Positions 42,901 to 57,785 of a DNA stretch of 64,000 nt are shown here, one piece after another (positions within the stretch are counted from its first letter, which is position 1; each line of letters starts with the position of its first letter). The DNA is from the human T2T-CHM13v2.0 reference genome, Homo sapiens. The stretch spans positions 47,424,001 through 47,488,000 of the forward strand of contig CP086569.2 in assembly GCA_009914755.4 (NCBI GenBank). The letters run 5' to 3'. The translations under genes and the position numbers were made by a program. Below the pieces are notes generated by a model, which was not told the DNA's origin, did no database searches, and was given only the letters and a program-made list of their open reading frames with translations.

Positions 42901-43537
42901 ATGGGCTGGAATGGAAAGGAATCGAAACGAATGGAATGGAATCGAACTGAAGAGACTGGAATGGAATGCACTGGAATGGAAGGGAGTGTAATGGAAGGTT
43001 CTCGAAAAAAATGGAATCGAATGGAATGGAATTGAATGGAACGGAATAGAGTCGAATGGAATTGAATGGAATGGAATGGACTAGAGTGAAATGGAATCGA
43101 ACCACAAGGAATGGACAGGAATAGAATGGTCTCGAATTGAATGGAATCGTATGGAATGGCATCAAACGGAATGGAATGGACAGCCACGGAATGGAATGCA
43201 CTCGAATGCAATGGAGTCGAAACTAATGGACTGGAATAGAATGGACTCGACTGGTACGGACTCCAATGGAATGGAATCGAATGGAAGGGAATCGAACGGA
43301 AGGGATTCGAACGGAATGGACTCGAAGGGAAAAGACTGCAATGGAAAGGTCTCGAATGGAATGGTAATTAATGGAATGGAATGGAATCGAATGAAATGGA
43401 GTCAAAAGGAATGGAATCGAATGGCAAGAAATCGAATGTAATGGAATCGCAAGGAATTGATGTGAACGGAACGGAATGGAATGGAATCCAAAGGAATGGA
43501 ATAGAATGGAATGGAATCGAATGGAAATGACTCCAAT
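39959..43537 (+). repeat. HOR unit U13 (3579 bp), U3 subtype
   Basis: Anchor spacing. Shares GAAACGGAAGGAATGG, GACTGGACTCGAACAGAGTGG and GCAATGGAAGGG with U3. The 313-aa and 126-aa artefactual ORFs match those of U3. Confidence 0.85.
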
Positions 43538-46500
43538 GGAAATCACTCGAATAGAATGCAATTTAATAAAGTAGGATCAAATGTAATGGAATGGAATGGA
43601 AAGGAATCGAAACGAAAGGAATGGAGACAGATGGAATGGAATGGAACAGAGAGCAATGGTATAGAATGGAATGGAATCATCTGGAATGGAATTGAATGGA
43701 ATGGAATAATATGAAATGGAATGGAATGGAATGGAATGGAATGCCCTTGAATTAAATGGACTGGACTCAAACAGAGTGGAATGGAAAGTGTGGAGATAGA
43801 ATGGAATGAACTCCTTTGGAATGGTGTAGTATGCAATGCAATCGACTGGCAGGGAATCAAAAGGAATGTAATCGAATGGATTGGACTGGAATGCAATGGA
43901 CTCGAATAGATTGGAAACGGAATGCAAAGGAATGGAATGGAATAGTATGGAATGCAATGGAAGGGAATGGAGTGGAATAGACTAGAGTGGAATGGAATGG
44001 ACTGGAAAGCAATGGACTGGAATGGAACTTTCTTGGATGGACTGGAATCAAACGGAATGGAATACAATGCAATCAAATGGCATGGAATAAAATAGAATGA
44101 AAGAGAATCAAATGGAATTGAATCGAATGGAATCGAATGGATTGGAAAGGAATAGAATGGAATGGAATGGAATTGACTCAAATGGAATGGACTAGAATGG
44201 AATGGATTCGAATGGAAGGCAAAGGAATGGAATCTATTGGAATGGACTGTAATGGAATGGAATGGAAGGGATTGGAATGGACTCGAATGGAATGGACTGC
44301 AATAGAAAGGATTCGAATGGAATGAAAAAGAATTGAATGGAATAGAACAGAATGGAATCAAATCGAATGAAATGGAATGGAATAGAAAGGAATGGAATGA
44401 AATGGAATGGAAAGGATTCGAATGGAATGCAATCGAATGGAATGGAATCGAACGGAATGGAATAAAATGGAAGAAAACTGGCAAGAAATGGAATCGAAAT
44501 GAATGGAGTGTTATGGAACGGACTCAAAAGGAATTGAATGTAATAGAATGGAGTGGAGTGGACTCGAATATAATGGACTGGAATGGAATGAAATCACATG
44601 GAATGGGAACGAATGGAATGGAATGGAAAGGAATGGAATCGAATGGAAAGGAATCGAATGGAAGGGAATGAAATTGAATCAACACGAATGGAAGGGAATA
44701 GAATACACTGTAATGGAATGGACTCGAATAGAATGGACACGAATGCTCAAATTAAATGGACTCGAATGGAATGGAAACGAAAGGAATGTCATCGAATGGA
44801 ATTGAATCGATTGGAATGAAATCGCATAGAATGGAGTGGAATCAAATGGAATTGAATCGAAAGGAAAGGAAGCGAATGGACTGAAATGAAATGGAATGGA
44901 ATTGAATGGAAAGTAATGCAATGGAATAGAATGGAACGAAATTTCACGGAATGGAATCAAACTGAATGGAATCAAATCAATGGAATCAAATCAAATGGAA
45001 TGGAAAGGAATTGAATGGAGTAGATGGGATTGGATGGGACTGGAATGAAATGTACTGGAAAGGACTCGAATTTCATGAAACGGAATGGAATGAATTGGAA
45101 CGGAATGGACTCGAATGGAATGGAATGTCATGGGATGGCATCAAATGGAATGACATCAAATGGAATGGAATCGAATGCAATGGAATGCTATGGAATGGAA
45201 TGGAATGCATTGGAATGGAATGTCCGCTAATGGAATGGATTCGAGTGGAATGGAATTGAATATAATGGAGTCGAATGAAATGGAATTGAAAGGAATGGGA
45301 TCGAATACAATGGAATATACTGGAATGTAACGTAATGAACTCGAATGTAATTGACTGGAATGGAATGTAAATGAATGGAATGTAATCGAATGGAAAGTAA
45401 TCCAATGGAATAGAATCTAATGCAATAAAATCGACTCAGATAGAGTAGAATGTAATGGAATGGAGTGCAGTGCAATGGAATGGAATGGAATGGAATGCAA
45501 TGGAATGGAATGGAATGGAAAGGAATGGAATGGAATGGAATGGAATGGGATGGAATGGTATGGAATGGATAGTAATGGACTGGAGTGAAATGGACTGGAA
45601 AGGAATGGACTCAAATTGAAAGGGCTCGAAAGGAATGGAGTCAAATTGAATGGTCTGGAATGGAATGAACACGAATGTAATGCAACCCAATAGAATGGAA
45701 TCGAATGGCATGGAATATAAAGAAATGGAATCGAAGAGAATGGAAACAAATGGAATGGAATTGAATGGAATGGAATTGAATGGAATGGGAACGAATGGAG
45801 TGAAATTGTATGCAGTAGAAGAGAATAGAATGGAATGCAAGCGAAAGGAAAGGAATGGATTGGAATGGAATGGAATTCATTGGAATGGAAGGGAATGTAG
45901 TGTAATGGACAGGCCTGGAATAAAGTGGAATGCTACGGTCTCGAATGGAATAAAAATGTATGGAATGGAATGCAATGAAACGGAATCGAATGTCATAGAA
46001 TGTAATGGAATGCAAAAAAATGGAATCCAAAATCATTGACTGGAAAGGCTGGGTGTCGAAAGGAATTGACTCCAATGGAATGGAATCGAATGGAATGGAA
46101 GTGAATAGAATCGAACTAAATCGAATGGAATGGAATTGATAGGAACGGAATGGAAAGGAATGCAATGATTTGGCATGGAATGGAATCGAATGGCATCGAA
46201 TGGAATGGAATGGAATGCAATGGAATGGAATGTATTAGAATGTAATGAACTTTAATGGAATGTACTCGAATGGATTCGACTGGAATGGAATGTTCTGGAA
46301 GTGAATGGACTCCAATGGAATGGATTCAAAAGGAATGGAATCGTACGGAATGGAATCTAATGGAATGGAATTAAATGGAAATGAATCAAATTGAATAGCA
46401 CGGAATTGAATTGAATGGAATGGAATGCAATGGAATCTAATGAAACGGAAAGGAAAGGAATGGAATGGAATGGAATGGACTGGAATGGAAAGGAATCGAA

Positions 46501-47111
46501 ACGAATGGAATGGAATCGAACTGAAGAGACTGGAATGGAATGCACTGGAATGGAAGGGAGTGTAATGGAAGGTTCTCGAAAAAAATGGAATCGAATGGAA
46601 TGGAATTGAATGGAACGGAATAGAGTCGAATGGAATTGAATGGAATGGAATGGACTAGAGTGAAATGGAATCGAACCACAAGGAATGGACAGGAATAGAA
46701 TGGTCTCGAATTGAATGGAATCGTATGGAATGGCATCAAACGGAATGGAATGGACAGCCACGGAATGGAATGCACTCGAATGCAATGGAGTCGAAACTAA
46801 TGGACTGGAATAGAATGGACTCGACTGGTACGGACTCCAATGGAATGGAATCGAATGGAAGGGAATCGAACGGAAGGGAATCGAACGGAATGGACTCGAA
46901 GGGAAAAGACTGCAATGGAAAGGTCTCGAATGGAATGGAAATTAATGGAATGGAATGGAATCGAATGAAATGGAGTCAAAAGGAATGGAATCGAATGGCA
47001 AGAAATCGAATGTAATGGAATAGCCAGGAATTGATGTGAACGGAACGGAATGGAATGGAATCCAAAGGAATGGAATAGAATGGAATGGAATCGAATGGAA
47101 AGGACTCGAAT
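43538..47111 (+). repeat. HOR unit U14 (3574 bp), U3/U13-like
   Basis: Anchor spacing. Anchor variant GAAATGACTCCAATGGAAATCACTCG and the same diagnostic variants as U13. Confidence 0.85.
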
Positions 47112-50100
47112 GGAAATCACTCGAATAGAATGCAATTTAATAAAATAGGATCAAATGTAATGGAATGGAATGGAAAGGAATCGAAACGAAAGGAATGGAG
47201 ACAGATGGAATGGAATGGAACAGAGAGCAATGGTATAGAATGGAATGGAATCATCTGGAATGGAATTGAATGGAATGGAATAATATGAAATGGAATGGAA
47301 TGGAATGGAATGGAATGCCCTTGAATTAAATGGACTGGAATGGAATGGACTCAAACAGAGTGGAATGGAAAGTGTGGAGATAGAATGGAATGAACTCCTT
47401 TGGAATGGTGTAGTATGCAATGCAATCGACTGGCAGGGAATCAAAAGGAATGTAATCGAATGGATTGGACTGGAATGCAATGGACTCGAATAGATTGGAA
47501 ACGGAATGCAAAGGAATGGAATGGTATAGTATGGAATGCAATGGAAGGGAATGGAGTGGAATAGACTAGAGTGGAATGGAATGGACTGGAAAGCAATGGA
47601 CTGGAATGGAACTTTCTTGGATGGACTGGAATCAAACGGAATGGAATGCAATGCAATCAAATGGCATGGAATAAAATAGAATGAAAGAGAATCAAATGGA
47701 ATTGAATCAAATGGAATCGAATGGATTGGAAAGGATTAGAATGGAATGGAATGGAATTGACTCAAATGGAATGGACTAGAATGGAATGGATTCGAATGGA
47801 AGGCAAAGGAATGGAATCTATTGGAATGGACTGTAATGGAATGGAATGGAAGGGATTGGAATGGACTCGAATGGAATGGACTGCAATAGAAAGGATTCGA
47901 ATGGAATGAAAAAGAATTGAATGGAATAGAACAGAATGGAATCAAATCGAATGAAATGGAATGGAATAGAAAGGAATGGAATGAAATGGAATGGAAAGGA
48001 TTCGAATGGAATGCAATCGAATGGAATGGAATTGAACGGAATGGAATAAAATGGAAGAAAACTGGCAAGAAATGGAATCGAAATGAATGGAGTGTTATGG
48101 AACGGACTCAAAAGGAATTGAATGTAATAGAATGGAGTGGAGTGGACTCGAATATAATGGACTGGAATGGAATGAAATCACATGGAATGGGAACGAATGG
48201 AATGGAATGGAAAGGAATGGAATCGAATGGAAAGGAATCGAATGGAAGGGAATGAAATTGAATCAACAGGAATGGAAGGGAATAGAATAGACGGTAATGG
48301 AATGGACTCGAATAGAATGGACACGAATGCTCAAATTGAATGGACTCGAATGGAATGGAAACGAAAGGAATGTCATCGAATGGAATTGAATGGATTGGAA
48401 TGAAATCGCATAGAATGGAGTGGAATCAAATGGAATTGAATCGAAAGGAAAGGAAGCGAATGGACTGAAATGAAATGGAATGGAATTGAATGGAAAGTAA
48501 TGCAATGGAATAGAATGGAACGAAATTTCACGGAATGGAATCAAACTGAATGGAATCAAATCAATGGAATCAAATCAAATGGAATGGAAAGGAATTGAAT
48601 GGAGTAGATGGGATTGGATGGGATTGGAATGAAATGTACTGGAAAGGACTCGAATTTCATGAAACGGAATGGAATGAATTGGAACGGAATGGACTCGAAT
48701 GGAATGGAATGTCATGGGATGGCATCAAATGTAATGGCATCAAATGGAATGGAATCGAATGCAATGGAATGCTATGGAATGGAATGGAATGCATTGGAAT
48801 GGAATGTCCTCTAATGGAATGGATTCGAGTGGAATGGAATTGATTATAATGTAGTCGAATGAAATGGAATTGAAAGGAATGGGATCGAATACAATGGAAT
48901 ATACTGGAATGTAACGTAATGAACTCGAATGTAATTGACTGGAATGGAATGTACATGAATGGAATGTAATCGAATGGAAAGTAATCCAATGGAATAGAAT
49001 CTAATGCAATAAAATCGACTCAGATAGAGTAGAATGTAATGGAATGGAGTGCAGTGCAATGGAATGGAATGGAATGGAATGCAATGGAATGGAATGGAAT
49101 GGAATGGAATGGAATGGAATGGGATGGAATGGTATGGAATGGATATTAATGGACTGGAGTGAAATGGACTGGAAAGGAATGGACTCAAATTGAAAGGTCT
49201 CGAAAGGAATGGAGTCAAATGGAATGGTCTGGAATGGAATGAACACGAATGTAATGCAACCCAATAGAATGGAATCGAATGGCATGGAATATAAAGAAAT
49301 GGAATCGAAGAGAATGGAAACAAATGGAATGGAATTGAATGGAATGGAATTGAATGGAATGGGAACGAATGGAGTGAAATTCTATGCAGTAGAAGAGAAT
49401 AGAATGGAATGCAAGCGAAAGGAAAAGAATGGATTGGAATGGAATGGAATTCATTGGAATGGAAGGGAATGTAGTGTAATGGACAGGCCTGGAATAAAGT
49501 GGAATGCTACGGTCTCGAATGGAATAAAAATGTATGGAATGGAATGCAATGAAACGGAATCGAATGTCATAGAATGTAATGGAATGCAAAAAAATGGAAT
49601 CCAAAATCATTGACTGGAAAGGCTGGGTGTCGAAAGGAATTGACTCCAATGGAATGGAATCGAATGGAATGGAAGTGAATAGAATCGAACTAAATCGAAT
49701 GGAATGGAATTGATAGGAACGGAATGGAAAGGAATGCAATGATTTGGCATGGAATGGAATCGAATGGCATCGAATGGAATGGAATGGAATGCAATGGAAT
49801 GGAATGTATTAGAATGTAATGAACTTTAATGGAATGTACTCGAATGGATTCGACTGGAATGGAATGTTCTGGAAGTGAATGGACTCCAATGGAATGGATT
49901 CAAAAGGAATGGAATCGTACGGAATGGAATCTAATGGAATGGAATTAAATGGAAATGAATCAAATTGAATAGCACGGAATTGAATTGAATGGAATGGAAT
50001 GCAATGGAATCTAATGAAACGGAAAGGAAAGGAATGGAATGGAATGGAATGGGCTGGAATGGAAAGGAATCGAAACGAATGGAATGGAATCGAACTGAAG

Positions 50101-50685
50101 AGACTGGAATGGAATGCACTGGAATGGAAGGGAGTGTAATGGAAGGTTCTCGAAAAAAATGGAATCGAATGGAATGGAATTGAATGGAACGGAGTAGAGT
50201 CGAATGGAATTGAATGGAATGGAATGGACTAGAGTGAAATGGAATCCAACCACAAGGAATGGACAGGAATAGAATGGTCTCGAATTGAATGGAATCGTAT
50301 GGAATGGCATCAAACGGAATGGAATGGACAGCCACGGAATGGAATGCACTCGAATGCAATGGAGTCGAAACTAACGGACTGGAATAGAATGGACTCGACT
50401 GGTACGGACTCCAATGGAATGGAATCGAATGGAAGGGAATCGAACGGAAGGGAATCGAACGGAATGGACTCGAAGGGAAAAGACTGCAATGGAAAGGTCT
50501 CGAATGGAATGGAAATTAATGGAATGGAATGGAATCGAATGAAATGGAGTCAAAAGGAATGGAATCGAATGGTAAGAAATCGAATGTAATGGAATCGCAA
50601 GGAATTGATGTGAACGGAACGGAATGGAATGGAATCCAAAGGAATGGAATAGAATGGAATGGAATCGAATGGAAAGGACTCGAAT
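47112..50685 (+). repeat. HOR unit U15 (3574 bp), mosaic subtype
   Basis: Anchor spacing. Combines the GACTGGAATGGAATGGACTCAAACAGAGTGG variant (U4/U5 type) with GCAATGGAAGGG (U3 type). Confidence 0.8.
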
Positions 50686-53600
50686 GGAAATCACTCGAAT
50701 AGAATGCAATTTAATAAAATAGGATCAAATGTAATGGAATGGAATGGAAAGGAATCGAAACGAAAGGAATGGAGACAGATGGAATGGAATAGAACAGAGA
50801 GCAATGGTATAGAATGGAATGGAATCATCTGGAATGGAATTGAATGGAATGGAATAATATGAAATGGAATGGAATGGAATGGAATGGAATGCCCTTGAAT
50901 TAAATGGACTGGAATGGAATGGACTCGAACAGAGTGGAATGGAAAGTTGAGATAGAATGGAATGGACTCCTTTGGAATGGTGTAGTATGCAATGCAATCG
51001 ACTGGCAGGGAATCAAAAGGAATGTAATCGAATGGATTGGACTGGAATGCAATGGACTCGAATAGATTGGAAACGGAATGCAAAGGAATGGAATGGAATA
51101 GTATGGAATGGAATGGAAAGGAATGGAGTGGAATAGACTAGAGTGGAATGGAATGGACTGGAAAGCAATGGACTGGAATGGAACTTTCTTGAATGGACTG
51201 GAATCAAACGGAATGGAATGCAATGCAATCAAATGGCATGGAATAAAATAGAATGAAAGAGAATCAAATGGAATTGAATCGAATGGAATCGAATGGATTG
51301 GAAAGGAATAGAATGGAATGGAATGGAATGGACTAGAATGGAATGGATTCGAATGGAAGGCAAAGGAAATGAATCTATTGGAATGGACTGTAATGGAAAG
51401 GAATGGAAGGGATTGGAATGGACTCGAATGGAATGGACTGCAATAGAAAGGATTCGAATGGAATGAAAAAGAATTGAATGGAATAGAACAGAATGGAATC
51501 AAATCGAATGAAATGGAATGGAATAGAAAGGAATGGAATGAAATGGAATGGAAAGGATTCGAATGGAATGCAATCGAATGGAATGGAATCGAACGGAATG
51601 GAATAAAATGGAAGAAAACTGGCAAGAAATGGAATCGAAATGAATGGAGTGTTATGGAACGGACTCAAAAGGAATTGAATGTAATAGAATGGAGTGGAGT
51701 GGACTCGAATATAATGGACTGGAATGGAATGAAATCACATGGAATGGGAACGAATGGAATGGAATGGAAAGGAATGGAATCGAATGGAAAGGAATCGAAT
51801 GGAAGGGAATGAAATTGAATCAACAGGAATGGAAGGGAATAGAATAGACGGTAATGGAATGGACTCGAATAGAATGGACACGAATGCTCAAATTGAATGG
51901 ACTCGAATGGAATGGAAACGAAAGGAATGTCATCGAATGGAATTGAATCGATTGGAATGAAATCGCATAGAATGGAGTGGAATCAAATGGAATTGAATCG
52001 AAAGGAAAGGAAGCGAATGGACTGAAATGAAATGGAATGGAATTGAATGGAAAGTAATGCAATGGAATAGAATGGAACGAAATTTCACGGAATGGAATCA
52101 AACTGAATGGAATCAAATCAATGGAATCCAATCAAATGGAATGGAGTAGATTGGATTGAATGGGATTGGAATGAAATGTACTGGAAAGGACTCGAATTTC
52201 ATGAAACGGAATGGAATGAATTGGAACGGAATGGACTCGAATGGAATGGAATGTCATAGAATGGCATCAAATGGAATGGCATCAAATGGAATGGAATCGA
52301 ATGCAATGGAATGCTATGGAATGGAATGGAATGCATTGGAATGGAATGTCCTCTAATGGAATGGATTCGAGTGGAATGGAATCGAATATAATGGAGTCGA
52401 ATGAAATGGAATTGAAAGGAATGGGATCGAATACAATGGAATATACTGGAATGTAATGTAATTAACTGGAATGTAATTGAATGGAATGGAATGTACATGA
52501 ATGGAATGTAATCGAATGGAAAGTAATCCAATGGAATAGAATCTAATGCAATAAAATCGACTCAGATAGAGTAGAATGTAATGGAATGGAGTGCAGTGCA
52601 ATGGAATGGAATGGAATGGAATGCAATGGAATGGAATGGAATGGAATGGAATGGGATGGAATGGTATGGAATGGATAGTAATGGACTGGAGTGAAATGGA
52701 CTGGAAAGGAATGGACTCAAATTGAAAGGGCTCGAAAGGAATGGAGTCAAATGGAATGGTCTGGAATGGAATGAACACGAATGTAATGCAACCCAATAGA
52801 ATGGAATCGAATGGCATGGAATATAAAGAAATGGAATCGAAGAGAATGGAAACAAATGGAATGGAATTGAATGGAATGGAATTGAATGGAATGGGAACGA
52901 ATGGAGTGAAATTGTATGCAGTAGAATGGAATAGAATGGAATGCAAGCGAAAGGAAAGGAATGGATTGGAATGGAATGGAATTCATTGGAATGGAAGGGA
53001 ATGTAGTGTAATGGACAGGCCTGGAATAAAGTGGAATGCTACGGTCTCGAATGGAATAAAAATGTATGGAATGGAATGCAATGAAACGGAATCGAATGTC
53101 ATAGAATGTAATGGAATGCAAAAAAATGGAATCCAAAATCATTGACTGGAAAGGCTGGGTGTCGAAAGGAATTGACTCCAATGGAATGGAATCGAATGGA
53201 ATGGAAGTGAATAGAATCGAACTAAATCGAATGGAATGGAATTGATAGGAACGGAATGGAAAGGAATGCAATGATTTGGCATGGAATGGAATCGAATGGC
53301 ATCGAATGGAATGGAATGGAATGCAATGGAATGGAATGTATTAGAATGTAATGAACATTAATGGAAGGTACTCGAATGGATTCGACTGGAATGGAATGTT
53401 CTGGAAGTGAATGGACTCCAATGGAATGGATTCGAAAGGAATGGAATCGAACGGAATGGATTCTAATGGAATGGAATTAAATGGAAATGAATCAAATTGA
53501 ATAGCACGGAATTGAATTGAATGGAATCGAATGCAATGGAATCTAATGAAACGGAAAGGAAAGAATGGAATGGAATAGAATGGGCTGGAATGGAAAGGAA

Positions 53601-54216
53601 TCGAAACGAATGGAATGGAATCGAACTGAAGAGACTGGAATGGAATGCACTGGAATGGAAGGGAGTGTAATGGAAGGTTCTCGAAAAAAATGGAATCGAA
53701 TGGAATGGAATTGAATGGAAAAGAATAGAGTCGAACGGAATTGAATGGAATGGAATGGACTAGAGTGAAATGGAATCGAACCACAAGGAATGGACTGGAA
53801 TAGAATGGTCTCGAATTGAATGGAATCGTATGGAATGGCATCAAATGGAATGGAATGGACAGCCACGGAATGGAATGCACTCGAATGCAATGGAGTCGAA
53901 ACTAATGGACTGGAATAGAATGGACTCGACTGGTACGGACTCCAATGGAATGGAATCGAATGGAAGGGATTCGAACGGAAGGGAATCGGACGGAATGGAC
54001 TCGAAGGGAAAAGACTGCAATGGAAAGGTCTCGAATGGAATGGAAATTAATGGAATGGAATGGAATCGAATGAAATGGAGTCAAAAGGAATGGAATCGAA
54101 TGGCAAGAAATCGAATGTAATGGAATCGCAAGGAATTGATGTGAACGGAACGGAATGGAATGGAATCCAAAGGAATGGAATAGAATGGAATGGAATCGAA
54201 TGGAAAGGACTCCAAT
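50686..54216 (+). repeat. HOR unit U16 (3531 bp). U2/U12-like in the middle of the unit
   Basis: Anchor spacing. Shares AATCCAATCAAATGGAATGGAGTAGATTGG (lacks AATGGAAAGGAATTGAATGG) and GTCATAGAATGGCATC with U2 and U12. Private 3-bp loss at ~50946 (AAAGTTGAGATAG). Confidence 0.8.
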
Positions 54217-57200
54217 GGAAATCACTCGAATAGAATGCAATTTAATAAAATAGGATCAAATGTAATGGAATGGAATGGAAAGGAATCGAAACGAAAGGAA
54301 TGGAGACAGATGGAATGGAATGGAACAGAGAGCAATGGTATAGAATGGAATGGAATCATCTGGAATGGAATTGAATGGAATGGAATAATATGAAATGGAA
54401 TGGAATGGAATGGAATGGAATGCCCTTGAATTAAATGGACTGGAATGGAATGGACTCAAACAGAGTGGAATGGAAAGTGTTGAGATAGAATGGAATGAAC
54501 TTCTTTGGAATGGTCTAGTAGGCAATGCAATCGACTGGCAGGGAATCAAAAGGAATGTAATCGAATAGATTGGACTGGAATGCAATGGACTCGAATAGAT
54601 TGGAAACGGAATGCAAAGGAATGGAATGGAATAGTATGGAATGGAATGGAAAGGAATGGAGTGGAATAGACTAGAGTGGAATGGAATGGACTGGAAAGCA
54701 ATGGACTGGAATGGAACTTTCTTGAATGGACTGGAATCAAACGGAATGGAATGCAATGCAATCAAATGGCATGGAATAAAATAGAATGAAAGAGAATCAA
54801 ATGGAATTGAATCGAATGGAATCGAATGGATTGGAAAGGAATAGAATGGAATGGAATGGAATTGACTCAAATGGAATGGACTAGAATGGAATGGATTCGA
54901 ATGGAAGGCAAAGGAATGGAATCTATTGGAATGGACTGTAATGGAATGGAATGGAAGGGATTGGAATGGACTCGAATGGAATGGACTGCAATAGAAAGGA
55001 TTCGAATGGAATGAAAAAGAATTGAATGGAATAGAACAGAATGGAATCTAATCGAATGAAATGGAATGGAATAGAAAGGAATGGAATGAAATGGAATGAA
55101 AAGGATTCGAATGGAATGCAATCGAATGGAATGGAATCGAACGGAATGGAATAAAATGGAAGAAAACTGGCAAGAAATGGAATCGAAATGAATGGAGTGT
55201 TATGGAACGGACTCAAAAGGAATTGAATGTAATAGAATGGAGTGGAGTGGACTCGAATATAATGGACTGGAATGGAATGAAATCACATGGAATGGGAACG
55301 AATGGAATGGAATGGAAAGGAATGGAATCGAATGGAAAGGAATCGAATGGAAGGGAATGAAATTGAATCAACAGGAATGGAAGGGAATAGAATAGACGGT
55401 AATGGAATGGACTCGAATAGAATGGACACGAATGCTCAAATTGAATGGACTCGAATGGAATGGAAACGAAAGGAATGTCATCGAATGGAATTGAATCGAT
55501 TGGAATGAAATCGCATAGAATGGAGTGGAATCAAATGGAATTGAATCGAAAGGAAAGGAAGCGAATGGACTGAAATGAAATGGAATGGAATTGAATGGAA
55601 AGTAATGCAATGGAATAGAATGGAACGAAATTTCACGGAATGGAATGAAACTGAATGGAATCAAATCAATGGAATCAAATCAAATGGAATGAAAAGGAAT
55701 TGAATGGAGTAGATTGGATTGGATGGGATTGGAATGAAATGTACTGGAAAGGACTCGAATTTCATGAAACGGAATGGAATGAATTGGAACGGAATTGACT
55801 CGAATGGAATGGAATGTCATGGGATGGCATCAAATGGAATGGCATCAAATGGAATGGAATCGAATGCAATGGAATGCTATGGAATGGAATGGAATGCATT
55901 GGAATGGAATGTCCTCTAATGGAATGGATTCGAGTGGAATGGAATCGAATATAATGGAGTCGAATGAAATGGAATTGAAAGGAATGGGATCGAATACAAT
56001 GGAATATACTGGAATGTAATGTAATGAACTCGAATGTAATTGACTGGAATGGAATGTAATCGAATGGAAAGTAATCCAATGGAATAGAATCTAATGCAAT
56101 AAAATCGACTCAGATAGAGTAGAATGTAATGGAATGGAGTGCAGTGCAATGGAATGGAATGGAATGGAATGCAATGGAATGGAATGGAATGGAATGGAAT
56201 GGAATGGAATGGAATGGAATGGGATGGAATGGTATGGAATGGATAGTAATGGACTGGAATGAAATGGACTGGAAAAGTATGGACTCAAATTGAAAGGGCT
56301 CGAAAGGAATGGAGTCAAATGGAATGGTCTGGAAAGGAATGAACACGAATGTAATGCAATCCAATAGAGTGGAATCAAATGGCATGGAATATAAAGAAAT
56401 GGAATCGAAGAGAATGGAAACAAATGGAATGGAATTGAATGGAATGGAATTGAATGGAATGGGAACGAATGGAGTGAAATTGTATGTAGTAGAAGAGAAT
56501 AGAATGGAATGCAAGCGAAAGGAAAGGAATGGATTGGAATGGAATGGAATTCATTGGAATGGAAGGGAATGTAGTGTAATGGACAGGCCTGGAATAAAGT
56601 GGAATGCTACGGTCTCGAATGGAATAAAAATGTATGGAATGGAATGCAATGAAACGTAATCGAATGTCATAGAATGTAATGGAATGCAAAAAAATGGAAT
56701 CCAAAATCATTGACTGGAAAGGCTGGGTGTCGAAAGGAATTGACTCCAATGGAATGGAATCGAATGGAATGGAAGTGAATAGAATCGAACTAAATCGAAT
56801 GGAATGGAATTGATAGGAACGGAATGGAAAGGAATGCAATGATTTGGCATGGAATGGAATCGAATGGCATCGAATGGAATGGAATGGAATGCAATGGAAT
56901 GGAATGTATTAGAATGTAATGAACTTTAATGGAATGTACTCGAATGGATTCGACTGGAATGGAATGTTCTGGAAGTGAATGGACTCCAATGGAATGGATT
57001 CAAAAGGAATGGAATCGTACGGAATGGAATCTAATGGAATGGAATTAAATGGAAATGAATCAAATTGAATAGCACGGAATTGAATTGAATGGAAAGGAAT
57101 GCAATGGAATCTAATGAAACGGAAAGGAAAGGAATGGAATGGAATGGAATGGACTGGAATGGAAAGGAATCGAAACGAATGGAATGGAATCGAACTGAAG

Positions 57201-57785
57201 AGACTGGAATGGAATGCACTGGAATGGAAGGGAGTGTAATGGAAGGTTCTCGAAAAAAATGGAATCGAATGGAATGGAATTGAATGGAACGGAATAGAGT
57301 CGAATGGAATTGAATGGAATGGAATGGACTAGAGTGAAATGGAATCGAACCACAAGGAATGGACAGGAATAGAATGGTCTCGAATTGAATGGAATCGTAT
57401 GGAATGGCATCAAACGGAATGGAATGGACAGCCACGGAATGGAATGCACTCGAATGCAATGGAGTCGAAACTAATGGACTGGAATAGAATGGACTCGACT
57501 GGTACGGACTCCAATGGAATGGAATCGAATGGAAGGGAATCGAACGGAAGGGAATCGAACGGAATGGACTCGAAGGGAAAAGACTGCAATGGAAAGGTCT
57601 CGAATGGAATGGAAATTAATGGAATGGAATGGAATCGAATGAAATGGAGTCAAAAGGAATGGAATCGAATGGCAAGAAATCGAATGTAATGGAATCGCAA
57701 GGAATTGATGTGAACGGAACGGAATGGAATGGAATCCAAAGGAATGGAATAGAATGGAATGGAATCGAATGGAAAGGACTCCAAT
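54217..57785 (+). repeat. HOR unit U17 (3569 bp), near-identical to U18
   Basis: Anchor spacing. Shares the anchor variant GGACTCCAATGGAAATCAC, AATCGAATAGATTGGACTGG, GAACTTCTTTGG and a 15-bp deletion at ~56050-56065 with U18. Confidence 0.85.
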
